From NCBI GenBank assembly GCA_032718475.1, contig JAUCBJ010006856.1, positions 1-54,584 of the forward strand: a DNA stretch of 54,584 nucleotides. Reading direction: 5' to 3'. Position numbers and translations under genes: made by a program. Numbering within the stretch: position 1 is the stretch's first letter; each line of letters opens with the position of its first letter. This document shows positions 23,501-35,500 of this stretch, piece by piece. Origin of the DNA: Nemertoderma westbladi. Its lineage: Eukaryota; Animalia; Xenacoelomorpha. The notes beneath the pieces were generated by a model. It saw only the letters and a list, made by a program, of their open reading frames with translations. It ran no database searches and was not told the origin of the DNA.

Positions 23501-26500
23501 CCACCATACCTACTGTTATTTGCCTCTATCAGCCACCATACCTACTGTTATTTGCATCTATCAGCCACCATACCTACTGTTATTTGCCTCTATCAGCCAC
23601 CATACCTACTGTTATTTGCCTCTATCAGCCACCATACCTACTGTTATTTGCCTCTATCAGCCACCATACATACTGTTATTTTCCTCTATCAGCCATCATA
23701 CCTACTGTTATTTGCCTCTATCAGCCACCACACCTACTGTTATTATTAACCTCTATCAGCCACCATACCTACTGTTATTTGCCTCTATCAGCCACCATAC
23801 CTACTGTTGTTATTAACCTTTATCAGCCACCATACCTACTGTTATTTGCCTCTATCAGCCACCATACATACTGTTATTTGCCTCTATCAGCCACCATACC
23901 TACTGTTATTTGCCTCTATCAGCCACCATACCTACTGTTATTTGCCTCTATCAGCCACCATACCTACTGTTATTTGCATCTATCAGCCACCATACCTACT
24001 GTTATTTGCCTCTATCAGCCACCATACCTACTGTTATTTGCATCTATCAGCCACCATACCTACTGTTATTTGCCTCTATCAGCCACCATACCTACTGTTA
24101 TTTGCCTCTATCAGCCACCATACATACTGTTATTTTCCTCTATCAGCCATCATACCTACTGTTATTTGCCTCTATCAGCCACCATACCTACTGTTATTAT
24201 TAACCTCTATCAGCCACCATACCTACTGTTATTTGCCTCTATCAGCCACCATACCTACTGTTATTTGCCTCTATCAGCCACCATACATACTGTTATTTGC
24301 CTCTATCAGCCACCATACCTACTATTATTTGCCTCTATCAGCCACCATACCTACTGTTATTTGCCTCTATCAGCCACCATACCTACTGTTATTTGCCTCT
24401 ATCAGCCACCATACCTACTGTTATTTGCATCTATCAGCCACCATACCTACTGTTATTTGCCTCTATCAGCCACCATACCTACTGTTATTTGGGTACTTTT
24501 GCACTTTAGGTCCCCACCCCTAGATTTTTTTTGTGTGTGTTTTTTATGCAAATTACACTACTACAAGGTTAGTGTGACTATCTAGGAACATTTTTGGTAT
24601 AAAAAATGTTAGATTATGTTTTTTTTATAGTAACTAGTATTTTCACCGAACTAGTAGGGATATACAGTATGGGTGATTAATGAATTTTTTTAGTGTTACT
24701 TAATGTTAATTAATAATAAAACTCACCCTACCAAAACACTATCTACCATAAAAAAAACACTAGCTACCATTAAAAGCACTATTTTTAGTGTTGCTTAACA
24801 TTAAATCAATACCGGTAACAAAGCACGCCTAGAAAAAATTAATAATATTTTTCAAAAATTGTAGCTGCAATAAAAAAATCCTTAGCTAACATTAAAACTC
24901 TAGCTACTTTAAATATCACAAAATTACTAGCTACCATCTTGCTGTCAGAAGGTAAAACTGAATACATAAAAATGTTCTCAGATAATGCTATTCATATTCT
25001 AGAACATAATAATATTATGTTTCCTTGATATAAAAAAATCTGGGTGGTGGGGAACTAAAGTGCAAAAGTACCGTTATTTGCATCTATCAGCCACCATACC
25101 TACTGTTATTATTTGCCTCTATCAGCTACCATATATACATACCGTTATTTATCTCCATCAGCCACCTTACCTAGTGTTATTTGTTTAGGTGTTAGATGGT
25201 GCTGAACAGGTTGTTGACTTACCGCATCCTGTATGCGCTCAATTGATTCGGGTAACATCGCACAACTGTACCGCTGGGGTGATGGTATCCTTGGGGGTTC
25301 GGGGTTGCGATTGTCTGGAGTACTTAACAACTACGACTATCGTACCAACTCAAACTACAACGGAGTTGGGGTGGGAAGAAGGTGGCGCTTACGGATTGAG
25401 TGGTGGCCAGGGGGCAGTCAAAGGTGAGTGGGGGTAGGGGGCTGTAAAAGGTGAGTGGGGGCTAGGGGGTGTCAAAGGTGAGTGGTGGCCAGGGGGCAGT
25501 CAAAGGTGAGTGGGGGTAGGGGGTGGTCAAAGGTGAGTGGGGGCTAGGGGGTGTCAAAGGTGAGTGGTGGCCAGGGGGCAGTCAAAGGTGAGTGGGGGCC
25601 AGGGGGCAGTCAAAGGTGAGTGGTGGCCAGGGAGCAGTCAAAGGTGAGTAGGGGGCTGTAAAAGGTGAGGGGGGGCTAGGGGGCTATCAAAGGTGAATGC
25701 GAGTGGGGACCACGCGGCTGTCAAAGGTGAGTGCGAGTGCGGACCACGGGGCTGTCAAAGGTGAGTGCGAGTGCGGGCTAGGGTGCTGTCAAAGGTGTCA
25801 AATTTATTCTCCACCTGAAACAATCTTGAACCAAGTTTTCTCTGCAATAGCTGTATTTTTACCGAACTTCCCTTTCATGATACTATTTTAGAATCAGAAA
25901 CCGACGATTCATTCCTCACATCGCCTCTTCAAACTCCAAGTGATGCTGAGAGTGAAACTTTTAAATTTTTTAAGAAAAAAGGTCTGCATTTTTGCATTTA
26001 AATGCACGATCTCTGCTTCCCAAACTTTCCGAAATTCGTATTTTAATCAATAAATCCAACCCAGCAGTTTTAACAATCTCTGAAACTTGGCTCGATGATA
26101 GCGTTTCTGATGGAGAAATTTATATTGATAATTACGTAGTTGTACGTAAGGATAGGGACGGGACAGACACGGTGGTGGTGTCTGTATATTGCGTAAATTG
26201 GTTTGACCAAAGTCGAATGAGTTTGTCATAAAGACAGGAAGTTTCAAATAAACAAAATGGGGCGTTTTTACAATACAATACTAATATAATGAATAAATGA
26301 GTAACGCACACAAATCTTGATTCAAGTCCAATATATAACTAATTTACTACATTCACTTACTACAGCTGAACGTATTACTAACTACTGTACAAACAATGCA
26401 CATTCTACTGTAGGAATAGGACTGTATACAATGAGTAATGGTGTGATATTGTCAAAGGGCTAATTAGAATAAATTACTAATTAAGATAGTTAATGTTGCA

Positions 26501-29500
26501 TTATACAGAATTTGCCACACCGCCCTCTTTTCTATTGTTAAATGAAACGATAGACAACTGTATACATTCCTAAAAACAACGTAAAAGCACAAATGATATA
26601 TTAATAATAATTTGCAACATTACAGATTACCGTTCTTTTACAAGGTATCTGTAATATTACTACAAATACAAATTACTATAAACACATTTCGTACGTTAAT
26701 AATAATAACCTCCACCAAAATACTGCAATACACACTTTACGGACTACTCTACTATTATATTTGGTTATGTGACAAGTAAACGTAGTGCGTGCTGTGCATG
26801 TGTGGTGTGTGCGTGCAGTGAATACATATTTATGTATGTAATAGTACAATTTTGGCTTAGATTTTATAAAACCCATCATGCAAATTTATTTTTGTAGATC
26901 GTGGGAATCGACTAATTTTTCTGTTAGGATTTGAATAATTATCCTTCACTTTTTCACTTGCTTGAGATTGGACCTTATTAAAGGCCGATTGGTCAAGATC
27001 TGGGTTAGGAATTTCTAGTGGTATTAGATGCCTAATTGACCGATGTAATTGTGTGGCTTCTTTTTTACGATTGGCTATTTTTATTTTTGCCGACCTTATA
27101 TGGCCATCCCTACTCTTGACCAGTTCTATGACTTGGCATAACTTCCATAAACATCGAGGTAATTTTGGATCATATAGGAAACAGACATCTCCTACTGATG
27201 GAAGTAAAGGTGATGTTGCGGAACGATTATTGACTTTATGCCGATCTCTCAAATCGCGTAAGTAATCTTCTCTCCAACTTCTCCAGAAAAAGTTGGAGGC
27301 TATTTCCTGATAGCGAGTTCTGTTAATGAGGTTTGACTTGGTTTTACAGAAGCTTCGCACGAAGAGGTCTCTGTATCGTTCGAGTGTGTTGATGTGTGCT
27401 TTGCTGGCCACCTCGTCGAGTTTGGTGTAATCTTGACCATTAATCGTGTTGTAAACCTTGGTTGCTGCGGCTCGAACACCTCGTCTTTTGGCTTGCAACT
27501 GTGTTGTATCCATTGCGTATCTTTGTGTTGAGTGATTATGAGTTTTTATCGGGCGCCATATTGCGTAAATTGGTTTGACCAAAGTCGAATGAGTTTGTCA
27601 TAAAGACAGGAAGTTTCAAATAAACAAAATGGGGCGTTTTTACAATACAATACTAATATAATGAATAAATGAGTAACGCACACAAATCTTGATTCAAGTA
27701 CAATATATAACTAATTTACTACATTCACTTACTACAGCTGAACGTATTACTAACTACTGTACAAACAATGCACATTCTACTGTAGGAATAGGACTGTATA
27801 CAATGAGTAATGGTGTGATATTGTCAAAGGGCTAATTAGAATAAATTACTAATTAAGATAGTTAATGTTGCATTATACAGAATTTGCCACACTGTACTTA
27901 CATTCGATGTGATTTAGCTGTTAATCGTAGGGAAGATTTAGAGACTTTTGACGAAGTTTTACTGGTGGAACTTTTACTTCCTAAAACTAAACCTATTTTA
28001 ATCGGTACTTTATATCGGCCCCCTAAACAATCAGATTTTTTGCAAAATTTTAAAAATACAATTTTATGTAATCTTAGTCTGACCGACAGTCTTACCGACT
28101 GTGAAATATATTTCTTAGGTGATTTTAATATCTGTTACCATAACAAAGCATCCCCCCATCTGTAAACAGTACCAAAGTATTTTAAATTTGTTTGGTTTAA
28201 AACAAATTATTCGAGATTCTACCAGAATTACCAGTAAAACTTCTACTTTACTAGATCACATCCTTTGTAATAATACCGATATTATTTCTCAATCTGGGGT
28301 TTTACCTATAGGTCTAAGCGATCATTTTATAGTTTTTTGCACAAGAAAGACACAAAAATCTTTTTTCGGGGATCATAAAACAGTTAGTTAGAACAGTTAG
28401 GTCTATGAAAAATTACATCAAGGAACGCTTTTTAAGTTTGTTAGTTAATTCTGACTGGGAACCCTGTTTTAATGCCGCTGACATTAACCTTGCGTACACT
28501 GTTTTTAAAGATATATTTCTAAAGGCACTTAATACTGTAGCACCAATTAAAGAAATTAGTCTTAAACAACGCACTGAGCCCTGGATGACCTCGGGTACTC
28601 TTAGTAATATCAGAGAAAGAGATAACTATTTGTATAAATTTAGGAAATACCGTGTTTTAGCTGATTATAATAATTACTGCAAATATAGAAACCTTGTCCA
28701 ACGGGAAATAAAAAAAGCTAAATCTGAATATTGGTACAACAAAATAAGTGAGAATAAAGATAATCCTAAAAGTCTATTGTCTACCCTAAAATCTTTAGGT
28801 TATAAAAACCTTAAATCTAAATCGAATATTGTTCTGCAAGATAACGGTGAGCTGATTCATGATCATGCTCTAGTTAGTAATTTATTTAATAATTATTTTA
28901 CTAATGTTGCCTCTAATTTAGTTAGGAAGTTACCGTTATCAAGTAATAAATATAATATAGGGTCCGAAACTCTAAATAATTTTTATTTAGAAAAGTTACA
29001 AAATTCAGAAAAGTTATTTTTAAAACCCGTTTCTGAGGATTTCGTTTTTCAAAATCTACTTAGCCTATCAGCCTCAAAAAGTACCAGTCTAGACCTAATA
29101 CCTGCCTGTTTTCTTAAGGATGGTGCTGAAGTACTTAAAGTGCCTAGTACTTTTATTATTAATTACTCTATCGTAGATAATGTAGTACCAGACGAACTGA
29201 AATTAGCTAAGGTTGTTCCTCTGTATAAAAAGAATAGTAAAGTAGAACCCTGTAATTACAGACCTGTTAGTATCTTAAGTATTGTATCTAAAATTCTAGA
29301 ACGTTCTGTTTTTCTACAGCTGGAGGCACATCTTAGTAGGCTAAATCTGATCTATGAACTTCAGTCCGGTTTTCGTAAATCATATTCTACAGACACCTGC
29401 CTTATTAACTTAACTGATACAATTAGATGTAATAACGCAAAGGGTTTATATACCGGTATGGTAATGTTGGACCTACAAAAGGCTTTCGATACGGTAGATC

Positions 29501-32500
29501 ACGAAATTCTGCTTGGTAAGTTAGGCCTGATGGGTGTAGGTTCTATAGACTGGTTCAAGTCGTACCTGTCAGACAGAGGTCAAACTGTAGTCATTAGCAA
29601 ATCGCAGTCTACTGTACAGTGTACAAGAGATTACCTGTGGTGTACCGCAAGGCAAGGTAGTATATTAGGTCCTCTGCTTTTTGTATGCTATGTAAATGAT
29701 ATGATAAGTAGTATAGATCCCGATTTTAAACTCATTTTATATGCCGACGACAGTGCTCTTATTTTCTCTCATAAAGATCCTATCCGTATTTCCCAAAAGT
29801 TAAGGGCAGTTCTAGAATCCTGTAATGAGTGGTTGGTTGATAATAGGCTATCCATTCACTACGGTAAGACTGAAAGTATTTTGTTTGGTTCCAAAAGAAA
29901 GTTAAAGAAGGTAACTAAGTTTGAAGTCACTAGTAATGGACATAAGATTGAAAATAAAAAGGAAGTTAAATATTTAGGCGCCACATTGGATAACTGCTTA
30001 TAACTGCTTAACAGTGAAAAATATTTTCTCGAAAGTTAACAGTAGGCTTAGGTTTCTATACAGAAATAAAAATAGTTTGAACACCGACTCCCGCAAGTTA
30101 CTTTGCTCTTCTTTAATACAGTGTCACATGGACTATGCATGCTCTTCTTGGTATGAAGGCTTAACCAAACAGCTTAAATGTAAATTACAAGTAGCTCAGA
30201 ATAAAGTAGTACGATTTATTAAAGACTACAAACCTAGGCACCACCTAACTCCAGATGACTTTTCTGAATCTGGACTACTTAACTTAGATAGTAGAGTTAA
30301 GCAGCTACGCCTTAACCATGTGCATAAAGTGTATAATGGTAAATGTCCCAATTACCTAAAACAAAAATTCAACAGAGTACGCGATACACACTCTTACAGT
30401 ACCAGAACTAGTGCTGTTCGCGCTTTTGAAGACCTTTAGCAGTTTAACCTGCCAAAATTTATATGTCTTTTAGTTAATTAAAACCACTTTAGCATACGAC
30501 AATAATTTATGCTAATACGCAAAACATTAGCCGAAGTCAGCCCATGCGCGATCATTCACCCGATGGATCTACACCCGGGAGACTGAATTCGGATGCTTGA
30601 ATTGGATTATTACAGTGTAAGGTTGCAGTGTATACCTAATGTATTATTCGATAGATCGTTAATAATTAATCTCTGACAGATATTATTGGCTTTCGGGAAA
30701 TATTAACAGTTCCTTTAGGACGTGGCGCTTTATCTATTTAAACAGAACTAGGACTTATACTAAACGCAACGATACTGCTTATGATTAAAGTATAAAACGT
30801 ATTCTTTAGGAAATACTTTGTTACCAATCACAATCATACACACTATTCTGCCGACAGTCAGTACATTTGATCACACATAAAGAGAGCAGTAATTGACTCA
30901 CGTAGGGTCTGCTAAATAACATTGGATTCAATACACACCACATTAATATAAATCGCAATTGTTATATATAGCCGGTCTCTCTAACCTGTAGTGTTATCAA
31001 GAAAATTGGGAATTGGGTGATTTATCCGTATTAGCCAAATAGCAATATTTCCATCCACAAATATTTACAATTAATAACTGACGGTAAAATAACAGTACAA
31101 ACAATATGATTAATGCAAAAGTATCAAGATTAGTTAATGAGTATGATTATCAAGTTAAATTAGTTCGGTAACAGTTTATACTTTCGATAATTCAAGCAGT
31201 TTACGGTACAGCAGTATCTATCCAAAAATGCCGGTGTTTCTGGCTTAGACAGCAATAACAACAAAGTAACAAGAAAAAACAGTAAGACTGAACACTCTCC
31301 TTATCATCGGCAGAAAAGCTACACGTCGACAGGAAAAACCGCCCTGATTGGTCCAAGCCAAACAAAGAACCACGCGTCCAATGGCTGTTTCCATGTCAGC
31401 AACCAGCTGCTAGATGTCGTAATATGAATCATCACGGCTAAGCTGTGAAAGGTGGTTGGTGCATTACAAGTTTTTTGTCTTACCATGTCCACTAAAACAC
31501 GTATATAGCAGAATGATTTTTATGTCCGTTAAAACACCTGTAAAGGTACCTTGCGGGCGAGGGGAATATATATACAGTTAGAAAACCTTTTTAGAGTATT
31601 CCAGCGCCTGGGGGAGAACTGGCCAGCAAAGGCAAACGTATCAGTTATCCCACAAAAGCTTTTACACCGCTCCCAGAAAATGGGATTTAAGTCTATAAAA
31701 TATACAAAATCACAGTTTCTAAAATATAAAAATACTCTAAACAGTTAGTCTTTCTTGCGCGGACGGCGTTTACGCAGCTTTTTAAAGCTAGCAAGAGTCC
31801 TTTTCTCTTTGGGGCGAGCCACTTTACGAGGAGGGCTATAACTCCTGGGTGAAGGGTGCAATATGATTGCATCAGAAGGTATGGGATTGCGATCGGTATA
31901 TCCGGTTTTACCATATAATATTGAGTCAGATTAACATAATAAGGGTGATCTTTAATTCTATAAAAAGAGTTCTGTAAAGGTCTAGCGCGTATGTTGACCT
32001 CGTGTACCATACGACGGACAAGATCCGCTCGATTGTCCGGAGGTTCAACGAGTATACCGTCAACTCGAGCGGCCTCGATTGGCGGACGCTGTAACATAGG
32101 AGCGTCGGCGATAAGATTTTGCGATCTTATGCTGATATCAACCGGTTGGGGTTGTATCTTTGCGAAAAGTTTATCTCCGAAATGCGGAACCATCGAGGGA
32201 TGACGGACGGTTTTAGAGTAGAGATCGGTTATGAGTATCTGAGTTTCGGGTTGGGCTAAAGCGGCTTCTTCCCTCTCATCCATTTCCGTATGCCTCTCCT
32301 CCAGTTGATTCTCCTCCGCTTGTTTCTGCAAGCGTTCTTCCAGAAACTCCTGTAGAGAATACGTACGTCCAAGCTCGATGTCCTCTTCGAGGTTTTGGAT
32401 TTCTCTATCAAACTGCGGCAAGGCTAGCTCTTTTACCGATTGGACCTGCTGCTGTAATTTACGTTTCTCTAGAAAATCCTGGGTTCCCTTTCCGATTTTC

Positions 32501-35500
32501 TGTCGGATGGCGTCTAGAGCGTTTCTAATGACACTCTCCTCGACTTCCGTGGCAGGTTGTATCGGCGTTAATCCTGGCCGGTTGTAAGGATTAAAAGGCG
32601 AGATTAGATGTCCGCGTCCCAATCCGGTTAAATAGGATGGTCGAATATCTAACGAACCTACCGCCGGAGCACCACCGATTAGCTGCTCGGGTAACACCAA
32701 ATCCTTGAACAGTGAGTATAATTCGGGAGGATCAGTGATACTATTAGGATCAAGAGTTTGAGGTCTCACGGGGAAATGGGGAGGTCTGACCGAGTATTCC
32801 GGAACTCTGATCATGGGTTTATTTAGCGATCGTTTTAAACGGGCGATCGCAGGGGATACGTCGAACAGGTTTCGCTCGAAACTCCCGTAAGTATAACGCG
32901 TAAAACTGTGTTTAGCACAACGTCTCCGCGGATGTTTATGTCTTTCCGTTTGCTGGTTAGGTCTAGGACATGAGTCACAATAATACCAAAGACGTACGTC
33001 CTGCAGAGGAAACGCGGGTGATCGTTCTCCAGTTTTGCAATACTCTTCCATTTGTTCAAAACTGTCCGGGACAACAGGCAGTGGACGATCTGCGGTAAGA
33101 TACATCATGGTGAAATAGAGTCGTTTGAGTTCTACCATGGGATCGTGATGGATACCTTGAGGATATCGAGTCTCTAAGTTCTGTTGACTGGCAATATTGA
33201 GATAGGTTTCCCGCAAAAATTCCACGTAGTCGTTGAAGTTGATACGCTTATCGGGTTCTTCAACGTTTTCTCTGTCGAGTAGGTTGCGAATAGAGTTCTC
33301 GTGTTCTATTCTCGGTTTATCATTACGATTCCGCTGAGTATGATATTGGAATAAAACCATTTCCCTTTCGGTGTCTACATCATCGGTATCATGTAAATCG
33401 GTAGGATGGCCGGTAGTTAAGAAGTCCATATACGTACCATTACGATTCGTATAGCGAGCGGTGAATTTTCTATAGTCCGCTTCGCGCGTAAGTTGTTCCT
33501 GGGACATCGGCGGTTCGATATAGCGACCATCGTCCTCCGTAATAGTCGGATCAGCTTCACCGCGTATCAAGCTATCCACAAACGCTTGTAAAGGTAGAGT
33601 ATATCGCTCTCTAATACCAAGGTCATCTTCTATCAATTCCGTCATATCTGCTATCTGAGTTTGTTAATATCAATATAAGTTAATATTTTAGGTAAGCGGG
33701 CGTCGCTTCCTACTAGGCTTTTTGCCCCCGGACAGTGGGTTTCTCAGCGCCGATGTACCGCTGTCGCAGTGTTTACGCCAACATGTAGCACAGCACGACA
33801 ACGATAACCGGCACAAGTCCCACCACTGTCCGTCCCAAAGGCTTGAATCCACTTGAGGTTATCTCGGTAGAGTTAGGGCTATTTTACAATTGCGATTAGC
33901 TACTGTAAACACACTTTAGTAGTAACATTCACCTATAAACGCACAAATTCCATACAATCATTACTTACTGCACACATGCATGCCATTTGTCCGTTAGTCA
34001 GTGTCTTCCAGAATGTCACGTATTTACTATGTATCCTTGGATACTAATAGCGCGCTATGTATACTCTTATGCTACGCAATGGGGCAAGCCTTTTATTGTT
34101 CTTTTAACTTGCTTCTAATTCTAGCGTGGGTGTTGCCATGGTGACATTATGGAAAACTAGCGGTAGAATTAGGGCAATCCTCATGCATACAGATCTGGGA
34201 TGTTATTTAATAGCAATTCTTTAATTGTCAATATCCTCTTTATGCATGATTTTATAAATTTTATCGGCTATTGACTATATGTTGGAGATTCTCACACTCT
34301 AATACACTCAATATGAATCTCCGCTCCCATGATCTATTAATTACTGGAATTTTGGGAATGTTATAAATTGCACAAAATGACAATTTATGAAATTCATTTA
34401 AATATGAATTTAATTTATTCCCGTGAATTTTATTATTTGATGTTAAATTGACATAAATTTTATTCCAGAGCAGGTCTGGGGACATAGGATCCTTAATTCT
34501 ATGAAATTTGTCTTTTAAGAGTATCGGTAAGTGCTACGATATCTTAATCGACTAGAATGGTTAACGGATCTGAATTTTACAGATTTTAATAAATATTAAA
34601 TTAATATTTAAGATGGGCACCGATTTATTCCAGAACTTGTCTGGGGACGTTAACCACTGATTCTAGAATTTGTCTTTCAAGTATATCGGTGGGTGCCGCG
34701 ATATCTTAATCGACTAGAATTACAGATGGTCAAAAGGTTTAACAGATTTATTTGCGTTTTACGCTACTGTTAGAGGGACATCACGCTACTATATGTATTA
34801 TTTGTTATAAGGTAGAAGAGCAATATCGCACGAAGCAATGTCAGTGTGAAGAGGCAAGTCGTTTCCAAGGTCTACCCAGAGCTTGGTTTAGCCGAGACAC
34901 GAGGATCTGAACTTTGCATTCCTAATACTCTGCCTACCAATAATACTTAAATATAGTAGGAGCTTTATTGTACTTTAATAAGTACGGACATGTCATCTTA
35001 CTATAGTCTCGCATTTATAATATAATACGGACAGTAAGGAAAGAGAAAATAATTATTTCTCGCCGTCGCACTAGATATATTATGTAATTACGTAATAAAC
35101 ACTAATATATTGCACTAATCTACTAAATAATCTAAATAACATTCCACTAAATAAAATTAAATAAAACGATTATAATAAAGTACATAATAATCCATACCTA
35201 AATATAAAATAATAATAAAAAAAATATAAAATAATATAGTCACACACCCACTCCATATATAATTACGTTATGGAGTCCCTAGATCTTTGTCGAATTAGGG
35301 AAGTGGTCGTAGGAAGAGTATCCTGCCTTCCATGGTTTCCGGACAGTTTTCGGTCTCTTTCCAGTAAACCTAAGCGACCAGCTGGGCGATTAGGCTGTCG
35401 TGTTACTTCCGCCGCTCCCTTGACCTGTCTAATCTCCGCAGTGGTAAGATGAGGAGGCCATTCATCTTCTTCTTTACTTAGGGAGTCGGGTCCACCTAAC

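Larger units (their letters stand above)
25801..30414 (+). mobile_element. 5'-truncated, frameshifted CR1/L2-group LINE (APE endonuclease + RT ORF2), split by an LTR insertion, 3' end missing
   Basis: [20 protein letters not shown]...HGGGVC|TYIR (rejoins across the insertion), [47 protein letters not shown]; ORF pieces 25992..26231, 27884..28391, 28405..30003, 30014..30439. Confidence 0.92.

Noticed and set aside
23268-24585. Overlapping ORFs up to 416 aa
   Set aside because: Stop-poor 32-bp repeat read in several frames; intronic.
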